NCBI GenBank assembly: GCA_023136205.1
Contig: JAGLRQ010000101.1
Location: forward strand, 1-22,533
Origin: Candidatus Auribacterota bacterium
Lineage (GTDB): Bacteria > Auribacterota > UBA6266
Length of the DNA: 22,533 bases
Direction: 5' to 3'
The first letter of the stretch is position 1; each line of letters starts with the position of its first letter. A program made the position numbers and the translations under genes. The notes beneath the pieces were generated by a model. The model was not told the origin of the DNA. It was given only the letters and a program-made list of their open reading frames with translations, and searched no databases. This document shows, one piece after another, positions 9,141 through 17,006 of this stretch.

Positions 9141-10514
9141 ATGATTTTGAAAGATAAAAGGATAAAAAAAGTTCACATGATAGGCATAGGCGGAGCTGGA
9201 ATGAGCCCTATAGCCGAATTGTTTATCGCAAACGGAATAGAAGTATCAGGGTCCGATAAAAATGATTCTCGGAGGATAAAAAGCCTTATTAAAAAAGGCG
9301 CAAAGATAAATGGATTTCATTCGGGTAAAAACATAAAAGACCCTGACGTTATATTTTTTTCCAGTGCTATTCCCGACGATAACCCCGAATTGCTGGAAGG
9401 CATAAAAAGGAATATGAAAATTTTACATAGGACGGATGCTTTAAACATTCTCTCCGAGGGGAAAAAAGGAATTTTTATTGCCGGGTGTCACGGAAAGACA
9501 ACGACGACATCTCTTCTTTCAATTATTCTGTCAGAAGCAGGGGAAAACCCTGCTTGTGTTATTGGAGGAGAACTTATAGATTTTTGCCTTCATAATAAAT
9601 CATTGCCTGAGAAAATTTTTTTTATTGCTGAGGCAGATGAAAGTGACGGAAGTTTTATAAAATATATGCCGTATCTTTCGGTAATTACAAATGTTGAATA
9701 TGATCATATGTCATTCTATAAAACAAAGAAGAAATTGCATGATTATTATATCCGGTTTGCCAAAGAATCTGTTCTGCCGGCTGTTATTAACGGTTCCGAC
9801 AGCATTTCATCAAGAATATTCAAAGGCGTTGACAAAAAGACTTTTGGTTATACCGCGTGTGATATAAATATTTCAGATTTAGTATTAAAGAACATGAAAA
9901 GTTATTTTAATTTATCATTGAAGGGTGGACATAAGGTAAGTTTTGAGGTCTGGTCCCCAGGTACATTTATGGCTGAGAATGTTGCGGCTGCCTGTCTTGC
10001 GGCAGATTTTTTTGATATAAACCTCGAAACCGCCAGCATGGCAATTAAAAAATTTAAGGGGCTCAAGCGCAGATTTGAGTGTCTCGGACAAGTCGGAGGT
10101 GTAACAGTAATTGAAGATTACAGCCATCACCCGACTGAGATTTTTGTTACACTTAAAGCGTTAAAAGAGTCGGTTAAAGATAATGCAAGAAAAATCGTTA
10201 CCGTTTTCCAACCCCATCGATTTTCCAGGACAAAGGATTTATGGAAGGACTTTGCAAGAGCCTTTAGATGGAGCGATTATACAATTTTTACGGATGTATA
10301 TTCTGCTTTTGAAAAACCGCAAAAAGGAATTGATGGGACATTAATATATAATGAGGCAAAAAGAAATGGCCTGAAATGCGCCTATGTTACGGATAAAAGC
10401 GAAATTCCGCCATTATTACCCGATCTGTTAAAAGAGGGGGATTATCTGATGATTATGGGTGCCGGGGATATAAATGAAATTAAACAAAAGACATTTAAAA
10501 TACTAAAAACGTGA
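9141..10514 (+). CDS. murC: UDP-N-acetylmuramate--L-alanine ligase
   Basis: 457 aa. N-terminal GIGGAGMSPIAE and Mur ligase P-loop GCHGKTTTTS. Strong Shine-Dalgarno. Canonical position after murG. Confidence 0.93.
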   Translation: MILKDKRIKKVHMIGIGGAGMSPIAELFIANGIEVSGSDKNDSRRIKSLIKKGAKINGFHSGKNIKDPDVIFFSSAIPDDNPELLEGIKRNMKILHRTDALNILSEGKKGIFIAGCHGKTTTTSLLSIILSEAGENPACVIGGELIDFCLHNKSLPEKIFFIAEADESDGSFIKYMPYLSVITNVEYDHMSFYKTKKKLHDYYIRFAKESVLPAVINGSDSISSRIFKGVDKKTFGYTACDINISDLVLKNMKSYFNLSLKGGHKVSFEVWSPGTFMAENVAAACLAADFFDINLETASMAIKKFKGLKRRFECLGQVGGVTVIEDYSHHPTEIFVTLKALKESVKDNARKIVTVFQPHRFSRTKDLWKDFARAFRWSDYTIFTDVYSAFEKPQKGIDGTLIYNEAKRNGLKCAYVTDKSEIPPLLPDLLKEGDYLMIMGAGDINEIKQKTFKILKT

Positions 10515-10517
10515 AAT

Positions 10518-11438
10518 ATGGAAAAATCTTTAAAAGAGATATTAGAAACTAAATTCAAAGGTTCTGTTTTTATTGATGAACCTTTGGCCGGATACACTTC
10601 GCTTAATGTGGGCGGCCCGGCAGATATATTTTTTATTCCTGATTCCGTAGAAAGCCTTTCTGGATTTTTAAGGTTATTAAGAAAATATAAAATTTCATTT
10701 ATAGTACTTGGAAACGGGAGCAATGTTCTCTTTTCCGACAAAGGTTTACGCGGAGCCGTAATTAGTATGTCCCATCAAGGCTTTAAAAGAATAGAAGTGG
10801 AAAGCAATTGTGTCAGATGCGGAGCGGGTGTTCTTTTGTCTGAGTTATCAAGAAAAACTGAATCTCTGGGATTAAGCGGGTGTGAGTTTATGGCCGGGAT
10901 TCCCGGAACGGCAGCAGGTGCGGTAATTTCAAATGCGGGGGCTTTTGAACAGGATACGGGTAAAATTATAGAGAGGGTAGAATCACTGGATTTTTCTTCA
11001 AGAAGAAGGGTGTTTCAGAAAAATGATTTGAAATTTAGCTATCGATATTGTAGCCTTTCTGTGTGTAAACTTGTTATCATCGGGATTTCTTTTATGCTTA
11101 CACAGGGTAATGTTGTTTCTGTATCCCGCAGAGTTGAAGAGATTAAGAAGCGGAGAGAAGAAGCCTTTCCTGAACTGCCTAATGCAGGCAGCATTTTCAA
11201 GAATCCTGATAGTATTCCGGCATGGGAGCTTATTGATGAGTCTGGTTTGAGAAATATGCGCCTTGGCGGAGCCAGGGTGTCGATGAAGCATTCGAATATG
11301 ATTGTTAACGAGGGAAAAGCTACGTCTAAAGATATAAGAAATCTGGTAGAAATTATTCAGATAAAAGTTTTAGAAAAGTTTGGAATTGCTCTTGAACCGG
11401 AAATCAGAATTGTACCGGAGTTTTTAAATGTTCAATAA
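10518..11438 (+). CDS. murB: UDP-N-acetylenolpyruvoylglucosamine reductase
   Basis: 306 aa. FAD-binding N-terminal region (LGNGSNVLF) and a C-terminal GGARVSMKHSNMIVN motif typical of MurB. Starts 3 nt after the murC stop. Confidence 0.9.
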   Translation: MEKSLKEILETKFKGSVFIDEPLAGYTSLNVGGPADIFFIPDSVESLSGFLRLLRKYKISFIVLGNGSNVLFSDKGLRGAVISMSHQGFKRIEVESNCVRCGAGVLLSELSRKTESLGLSGCEFMAGIPGTAAGAVISNAGAFEQDTGKIIERVESLDFSSRRRVFQKNDLKFSYRYCSLSVCKLVIIGISFMLTQGNVVSVSRRVEEIKKRREEAFPELPNAGSIFKNPDSIPAWELIDESGLRNMRLGGARVSMKHSNMIVNEGKATSKDIRNLVEIIQIKVLEKFGIALEPEIRIVPEFLNVQ

Positions 11439-12396
11439 AATTAGAGATATTGGAGTGGTGATGGGCGGGCCCTCGTCTGAAAGAGAAATTTCAATTCGTT
11501 CAGGAACGGCAATTTCGGGAGCTTTGGTGAAGAAAGGGTATAATGTTGTTAAGTTAGTTATTGGGGCGGAAACAGATAAGAGTATTGCTCTTATGCTTGA
11601 GAAAAATGATTTAGACATAGTTTTTATTGCTCTCCATGGCAGGTATGGTGAAGATGGGACAATTCAGAAAATTTTTGAGGATTATAATATACCTTATACC
11701 GGTTCAGGTGTTCTTGCGAATTATAACTCGTTGAACAAGGTGATAGCCAAGAAAATATTTGTCAGGGAAGATATAAGAACACCGGATTATGAAATTATAC
11801 GAAGAGAAAATTCATTTAGGCGGATTGAATTAAGCCTTCCGGTTGTTATTAAACCCCCTTTTGAAGGATCAAGTATAGGAATGACTATAGCAAGGACACC
11901 TGAAGAATATAAAGCAGGTGTTAAAAAAGCTTTCAGATGTGAAGGCGGCAGCAGTATTCTGGTAGAGAAGTTTATTGAGGGCAGAGAGCTTACAGTTGGT
12001 ATCCTGGATGATGAAGCGCTTCCGGTTATTAACATTGTTCCGAAGAGCGGACAATATGATTATTCATCAAAGTACACAAAGGGAATGACAGATTACATAG
12101 TTCCCGCTGATATACCTCAGGAAATTTATGATGAAGCCCAGGAATTAGGGCTGAAAGCTCATAAATCGTTGAATTGTTATGGATTTTCAAGGGTTGATTT
12201 GATATTTGGCGATGACGGTTTTTGCTATGTACTTGAGATAAATACGATACCTGGTTTTACCGAAACAAGCCTTCTTCCAAAGGCTGCAAAAAGCTGCGGG
12301 GTAGAATTTGGCGACCTTTGCGAAAGAATTTTGACATCAGGCTTTAGCCGATTTGCAAAATTGAATATTAATAAAACCACAGGTGAACACAAGTAA
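11428..12396 (+). CDS. ddl: D-alanine--D-alanine ligase
   Basis: 322 aa ATP-grasp protein. Motifs seen: GGPSSEREISIRSG, ALHGRYGEDGTIQ, KP..EGSSIG and LEINTIPGFTETSL. Overlaps the murB end by 11 nt. Confidence 0.93.
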   Translation: MFNKIRDIGVVMGGPSSEREISIRSGTAISGALVKKGYNVVKLVIGAETDKSIALMLEKNDLDIVFIALHGRYGEDGTIQKIFEDYNIPYTGSGVLANYNSLNKVIAKKIFVREDIRTPDYEIIRRENSFRRIELSLPVVIKPPFEGSSIGMTIARTPEEYKAGVKKAFRCEGGSSILVEKFIEGRELTVGILDDEALPVINIVPKSGQYDYSSKYTKGMTDYIVPADIPQEIYDEAQELGLKAHKSLNCYGFSRVDLIFGDDGFCYVLEINTIPGFTETSLLPKAAKSCGVEFGDLCERILTSGFSRFAKLNINKTTGEHK

Positions 12397-12489
12397 ACAC
12401 AGATTAGAAAAATATTTGCCACAGAGACACAGAGAAAAGACTAAAGCAGAAAAGAAAGTGTTCCGCATTTTTCCGGGGAAAGATTGGTT

Positions 12490-13311
12490 ATGTTTAAACG
12501 CAGGAAGAAAAACAGTGTTTTAAATCTCAGGGTTACGAGAAAAAAGAATGCAGGAAAGATACTGCGCTTTTCAGCGAAGGGTGGATCGTCAAAATTTGTT
12601 GTTATTGTTATTGTTGCTGTGGTATTAGTTGCCGCCGGATGGTTTTTAAACTTGTATATTCATTCCAGCCCTTATTTTAATATTAAAAAAGTTGTAATAT
12701 CAAATTATTATTTTTACAGCAAAGAAGATATAATTGCCGCTTCAAAAATTAAAAGCGGACAAAATATTTTCTCGGTAAAATTAGACGAAATTGCTAAAAA
12801 TATTGAATCAATTCCTAATGTAGCGTTTGTGAAAGTTAGAAGACAAATACCGAAAACACTTTATATAAAGGTTTATGAAAGAGAAATGATAGCTCAAATT
12901 GAGTCCGGGAGATTTTATCCTGTTGATGAAAAGGGGATTATACTCGAACCTATAATGAATACCTGCAAAAAAGACCTTCCCGTGATAAAGGGGTTAAATG
13001 TTTCCGGGTTTATTCCCGGGCAACAGGTTAAAGATCCCGATGCCGAAATCGCGTTGAGGCTCATTTTATGTACATTAGATGTTGAAGTAAGGCCCTATGT
13101 CTCTCCCGAATCGGTAGATGTATCGGATACAAAAGAAGTTAGAATGCTTGTTGCCCCTGAAATAATTACCAGATTTCAGAAGAGGAATTTTGACCAGAAG
13201 ATAGATAAAAATATCAGCAGGCTTGTAAAAATTATTAAGGATTATGAAACAAAAAATGAACGCATTAAAAAGTATATTGATTTAAGATTTGACAGGGTCC
13301 CTGTATTGTGA
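12490..13311 (+). CDS. ftsQ: Cell division protein FtsQ (bitopic, POTRA domain)
   Basis: Basic N terminus, a single TM segment (FVVIVIVAVVLVAAGWFLNLYI), then a POTRA-like region (FNIKKVVISN...IFSVKLDEIAKNIESIPNVAFVKVRRQIPKTLYIKVYER). Position between ddl and ftsA. ATG 12490 is preferred over the in-frame TTG at 12484 because ggggaaag lies about 9 nt upstream. Confidence 0.8.
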   Translation: MFKRRKKNSVLNLRVTRKKNAGKILRFSAKGGSSKFVVIVIVAVVLVAAGWFLNLYIHSSPYFNIKKVVISNYYFYSKEDIIAASKIKSGQNIFSVKLDEIAKNIESIPNVAFVKVRRQIPKTLYIKVYEREMIAQIESGRFYPVDEKGIILEPIMNTCKKDLPVIKGLNVSGFIPGQQVKDPDAEIALRLILCTLDVEVRPYVSPESVDVSDTKEVRMLVAPEIITRFQKRNFDQKIDKNISRLVKIIKDYETKNERIKKYIDLRFDRVPVL

Positions 13312-13353
13312 TGATGTTGCGGGAACTGAAATTTTTAAACGAAAGAAATTTTT

Positions 13354-14613
13354 ATGTTTGGAAGAAGAAGCGGTGAAGATATTGTAGTAGGCCTTGATAT
13401 TGGAACATCCAAGATCTGTGTAGTTGTTGCGGAAAAAAATGAAAACGGAGAAATAAAAATAATTGGTTCAGGGATAAGGCCGTCGCACGGCCTTAGAAAA
13501 GGACTGGTTGTAAATGTTGAAAGTACTGTTGAGTCTATAATTGAGGCAGTGGCCGATGCTGAGAAAATGTCAAAAACGGAAATACATTCTGTTTATGCCA
13601 GCATAACGGGTTCTCACATAAAAAGTATAAATTCAAGAGGTTCAACTGCGATTACCAGTAGGGATGGCGTTGTTACAGACAGCGATATTAAAAGGGTAAT
13701 TGATAAAGCCTGTGAAATATCGCTGCCTGCCGGAAAAGATGTTATTCACTCTCTCCCTCAGGAATATTTGCTGGATGGGCAGGATGGCATAAAAAATCCC
13801 AAAGGGATGGTGGGGAACCAGTTGGATGTGAATGTTTATATTATTGCGGGGTCTGTAGCTTCCGAACGCAACATAGTGAAGGCTATTGCAAATGCCGGTT
13901 TTGAAGTTGAAGGCCTGGTGGTCCAGTCTCTTGCATCCAGTATGGTCGCGCTTAAGCAGGAAGAGCGGGATTCGGGTGTTTTGCTTATAGACATGGGAGG
14001 AGGGACAACAGATATAATTGTTTTTATAGATGGCCTTGTCAGGCATTCTGAAGTTATATCAATTGGCGGTGATCATGTTACAAATGATATATCAATAGGA
14101 TTAAGAGTTTCTATTCCGATAGCAGAGAGGATAAAAAGGAAACACGCGTGCGCGTTGAAATCTATGGTGGGTAGGGATGAGGAATTTTTTGTTGAAGGAG
14201 CTATTGGAAAAGACAAAATAAGGATGTCCAGGAAAAAGCTTGCCGAGATAGTTGAGATGAGAATGGAAGAAGCTTTTGGTATTATTAAGAAGCGTGTTGA
14301 AAGGTATGAAGGCCTCCTGAGTTCCGGTGTGGTTTTGACAGGAGGATGTTGTAATCTTCCAGGGGTGCAGGAGCTGGCAAAATCCAGGCTAAAACTGGCA
14401 GTGAAAATCGGGAAACCCCTGGAAGTTAGCGGCCTTGCTGAAATACTTGATTCTCCCGTATCTACAACCTGTGTAGGCCTGGTCAAATTCGGTTTTATAT
14501 ATGGCAGCGAGTTGAAATATTTCAGTTTTTCTCCAATAAATCTGTTGAAAAAGGTTTTTTCGTATGGCAGCAGCCTATTGAGAAGAAAAATCTTCTATAA
14601 AAAAGAAGGATAA
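13354..14613 (+). CDS. ftsA: Cell division protein FtsA (actin-like ATPase)
   Basis: 419 aa. Actin-fold phosphate motifs are present (VGLDIGTSKICVVV, LIDMGGGTTDI, VLTGGCCNLPG). The basic/aromatic C-terminal tail (LLKKVFSYGSSLLRRKIFYKK) is consistent with a membrane-targeting amphipathic helix. Directly upstream of ftsZ. Confidence 0.92.
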   Translation: MFGRRSGEDIVVGLDIGTSKICVVVAEKNENGEIKIIGSGIRPSHGLRKGLVVNVESTVESIIEAVADAEKMSKTEIHSVYASITGSHIKSINSRGSTAITSRDGVVTDSDIKRVIDKACEISLPAGKDVIHSLPQEYLLDGQDGIKNPKGMVGNQLDVNVYIIAGSVASERNIVKAIANAGFEVEGLVVQSLASSMVALKQEERDSGVLLIDMGGGTTDIIVFIDGLVRHSEVISIGGDHVTNDISIGLRVSIPIAERIKRKHACALKSMVGRDEEFFVEGAIGKDKIRMSRKKLAEIVEMRMEEAFGIIKKRVERYEGLLSSGVVLTGGCCNLPGVQELAKSRLKLAVKIGKPLEVSGLAEILDSPVSTTCVGLVKFGFIYGSELKYFSFSPINLLKKVFSYGSSLLRRKIFYKKEG

Positions 14614-14620
14614 GTAAAAG

Positions 14621-15754
14621 ATGCTTAAATTTGGTTATAAAAATAATGGGAAAAAGCTTGTTTTTAAACTTTTTGGAGTAGGCAATGGCGGTATTAATAC
14701 CATTGAAACAGTTATTGAAAGGAGATTAGAGGGGCTGGAGCTTATTGCCGTGGATACAGATACGGGGTCTCTTGAAAGTTCCAGTGCTCATAGAAAAATT
14801 CAAATCGGGGGTTCGTTGACATCTGGAAGAGGAACCGGCGGCACTTTTTCTACAGGCAGGGAAGCGGCAGAGAATTCATATAAAGAATTTTTTGAAGCCA
14901 GTTCAAACGCGGATGTTATTTTCATTACAGCAGGATTTGGAGGCGGGGCAGGATCAGGGGCTACCCCTGTTATTGCAAGGGCCGCAAAGGAAACCGGAAG
15001 CCTTGTTGTTGTTCTGATAACAAAGCCTTTTTCGTTTGAGGGTAAAAATAGGCTGCAGCAGGCATCCGAAGGTGTTATGAAACTTGGAGATAACGTGGAT
15101 TCTCTGATCATCATTCCCAATGATAGGCTGCTTGATATTATGACAGAGGATACTTCTTTTTTGGATGCTTTCAAAATTACAAATGAAGTGATTTGTGAGG
15201 TAGCCAGCGCCCTGTATTTAATTGTTACCAGGCCAAGCCTTATCAAACTTGATTTTGCCGATGTCAGGTCGGTTCTCAAGGGTGGTGGAGAGTGTATGCT
15301 TGGTTTTGGAGATGCTACAGGCAGGGACAAGGCGCTTCGCGCCGTTGAAATGGCATTGGCAAGCCCGCTCATGGATAAACAGAGGTTAATGAACTCTAAG
15401 AATGTTCTTGTGAGTATGATAGGCGGAAGAGATCTTGGCCTGTTTGAGGTTAATTCTTCTCTTAAAAGTCTTCAGCAAATGACAAATTTCAGCGCTAATT
15501 CCGTATTAGGGGTTTCTATAGACGAGAATTTTAATGAGAGGGTTCGTGTTACTGTTCTAGCTGGTGGTACCGTTGCCGAAAAAAGTGAATCAGAAGAGGA
15601 ACAGCAGCAGCTTGATATCCTTCCGCCGCCAAGAGGGCGTTTTGATAAAGCGGATCCGACGATTATTGATGGTGAGGAACTTGATATTCCGACATTTATA
15701 AGAAAATCAAAAAAGAACTGGTTTAAAAAGGTGATGGGGAGGGATAGTATATAG
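14621..15754 (+). CDS. ftsZ: Cell division GTPase FtsZ (sequence-divergent nucleotide-binding loops)
   Basis: 377 aa. Overall collinear with FtsZ: tubulin-signature region GFGGGAGSGATPVIA, KPFSFEGKNR, IIPNDRLL, T7 loop KLDFADV, and the C-terminal FtsA/ZipA-binding peptide LDIPTFIRK. Canonical last position of the dcw cluster. Confidence 0.9.
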   Translation: MLKFGYKNNGKKLVFKLFGVGNGGINTIETVIERRLEGLELIAVDTDTGSLESSSAHRKIQIGGSLTSGRGTGGTFSTGREAAENSYKEFFEASSNADVIFITAGFGGGAGSGATPVIARAAKETGSLVVVLITKPFSFEGKNRLQQASEGVMKLGDNVDSLIIIPNDRLLDIMTEDTSFLDAFKITNEVICEVASALYLIVTRPSLIKLDFADVRSVLKGGGECMLGFGDATGRDKALRAVEMALASPLMDKQRLMNSKNVLVSMIGGRDLGLFEVNSSLKSLQQMTNFSANSVLGVSIDENFNERVRVTVLAGGTVAEKSESEEEQQQLDILPPPRGRFDKADPTIIDGEELDIPTFIRKSKKNWFKKVMGRDSI

Positions 15755-15777
15755 CCCCCTGCGCTCTGCACTATCTC

Positions 15778-15941
15778 GTGAATCGTATTTTGCGAATCGT
15801 AAAACTCGTGAATTGTAGTTTGTGAATTGTGAATCGTTAAAAGAATAAACCTATAATCTCATTATAACCATGGTTTTATTTGCACTGTACAAACTTGCAT
15901 CCGGTACTGCATGAATTAATAAAATACTATTCACCATTCAC
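15778..15941. repeat. Array of short GTGAAT-type repeats in the ftsZ/mazG convergent spacer
   Basis: There are five + strand copies of G(T/C)GAAT(C/T)GT, at 15778, 15792, 15808, 15822 and 15829 (spacings 14, 16, 14 and 7 nt). Two - strand copies read ATTCACCATTCAC on the + strand at 15929-15941. This gives an inverted pair of 7-nt-spaced doublets (GTGAATTGTGAAT ... ATTCACCATTCAC) about 93 nt apart. Confidence 0.7.
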
Positions 15942-15965
15942 TGCTTTTAGTATCTGTTTCCAATG

Positions 15966-16739
15966 TTACTTTTTTACCATTTCCCAGTAATTGTCTAATT
16001 CCTTAAGTGGCATATCCTGCATTTTTTTGCCGCTTTCTTTGATTATTTTTTCCATTTTTCTAAAGCGGTTTTCAAATTTCTTAATAGTTTTATGAAGCGC
16101 GTATTCCGGTTCGGTATCAATAAATCTTGAAAGGTTTACGACTGAAAAAAGGAAATCACCGAGTTCTTCGGTTATATTGTTTTTGTTATCCGCTTTAATT
16201 TCGGTTTTAAGTTCGCGAAGTTCTTCTTCTATTTTTTTTACGACACCGTCAATGTTTTCCCAGTCGAACCCGGCTTTCGCGGCTTTTTTCTGAATTTTTA
16301 CGGCTTTTTGCAATGCCGGAAGTTTACGGGGAATACCGTCAACCGCTGATTTTCTGTCTTGATGCTTGCTTTCTTCGGATTTAATGTTTTCCCATTGGTG
16401 TAAGGCTTCCTCGCTGGTTTTGATATTTTTATCTCCGAAGACATGCGGATGGCGGGAAATCATTTTTTCAATGCCTTCGGTGACTATATCTTCAATGTCA
16501 AAATGCCCGCTTTCCTCAGCTATTCTGCTGTGAAAAATAACAAGGAAAAGTATATCCGCGAGTTCTTCTTTTATACGCGGAATATTGTTATCATTTATCG
16601 CGTCGAGAAGCTCATAGGTTTCTTCAACCATACAGCTTTGAAGGGTTTCGTGCGTTTGCTTGATGTCCCAGGGGCATCCGCTGCCAGGAGACCTCAATTT
16701 GGACATTATATCTACAAGTTTTTTGAATTTATTTTGCAT
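15966..16739 (-). CDS. mazG: Nucleoside triphosphate pyrophosphohydrolase MazG (tandem MazG domains)
   Basis: 257 aa. N-terminal LRSPGSGCPWDIKQTHETL followed by EETYELLDAI...ELADILFLV (EExxE/D metal-binding helices). A second MazG-like repeat is present (ITEELGDFLFSVVNLSRF). Convergent with ftsZ. Confidence 0.88.
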   Translation of the reverse strand: MQNKFKKLVDIMSKLRSPGSGCPWDIKQTHETLQSCMVEETYELLDAINDNNIPRIKEELADILFLVIFHSRIAEESGHFDIEDIVTEGIEKMISRHPHVFGDKNIKTSEEALHQWENIKSEESKHQDRKSAVDGIPRKLPALQKAVKIQKKAAKAGFDWENIDGVVKKIEEELRELKTEIKADNKNNITEELGDFLFSVVNLSRFIDTEPEYALHKTIKKFENRFRKMEKIIKESGKKMQDMPLKELDNYWEMVKK

Positions 16740-16788
16740 AATTTTTACTTACTATAGCATAATTTTTATTATGAAAAATAATTTTTTT

Positions 16789-16960
16789 TTAATCCAGATT
16801 TTGTATTAGAATGCGGATAAAGAGTACTAAGATTTTTGAGCTGCAGTGATTACGGAAAATGCAGGCATACCCGCTGTGGTATGTCGAGGCTTTTCGTAAT
16901 CATCTGCGGCCAAAAAGATTAGTGTTATTCGCTGCAATCTGATTCAAATTCTGGATTTAA
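16789..16960 (+). repeat. 172-nt imperfect palindrome that folds as one extended hairpin; candidate structured RNA (leader or sRNA) or MITE-like element
   Basis: Hand-paired arms 16789-16871 and 16878-16960 give about 68 bp. They are interrupted only by 1x1 mismatches, small bulges (3' gct, 5' agag), a 2x2 loop and a 5x6 internal loop below an 8-bp apical stem with a 6-nt loop (16872-16877). On the + strand there are six G-U pairs and at most one A-C mismatch. The element ends 46 nt upstream of the GTG start at 17007. Confidence 0.8.
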
Positions 16961-17006
16961 CACAAATTGGGTAGAAAATTGTCCATCTAATTGGTAAAAT
17001 ATTTTT

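Noticed and set aside
14800-15372. 190-aa ORF antisense to ftsZ. Similar antisense or out-of-frame ORFs occur at 13642-14046 and 14073-14486 (in ftsA), 17636-18058 (in the GT-C gene), 16443-16757 (in mazG), 736-1026 and 632-859 (in ftsI), and 8810-9142 (in murG).
   Set aside because: Each lies entirely within a motif-supported gene on the other strand or frame. Their sequences are low-complexity (Ser/Pro/Ile-rich) with no recognisable motifs, and none has a start context. They are typical shadow ORFs.
15778-15838. Possible CRISPR array or minisatellite made of the GTGAAT repeats.
   Set aside because: The units are only about 9 nt with irregular 7-16 nt spacing. CRISPR repeats are 24-48 nt with similarly sized unique spacers. 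No cas genes are in the window.
15852-15857. A perfect TATAAT hexamer in the ftsZ/mazG spacer, with the downstream AACCATGGTTTT, as a possible tiny sRNA gene (promoter plus terminator).
   Set aside because: There is no acceptable -35 element at 16-18 nt; the best candidate is TTGTGA at 19 nt. The 'terminator' stem is only 3-5 AT-rich base pairs. Such hexamers occur readily by chance in AT-rich spacers.
16771-16849. Mini-ORFs in the mazG/GT-C spacer (MKNNFFLIQILY at 16771-16809; MRIKSTKIFELQ at 16811-16849) as possible leader peptides overlapping the 5' arm of the hairpin.
   Set aside because: Neither has a Shine-Dalgarno sequence. Each is 12 codons in AT-rich DNA where such ORFs arise by chance, and there is nothing to support translation.
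16789-16960. Calling the long hairpin a 6S RNA (ssrS).
   Set aside because: The rod-like topology and roughly 170-nt length fit. However, I cannot see the large central bubble that defines 6S, and the usual genomic context is absent. I kept it as an unassigned structured element pending a covariance-model search.
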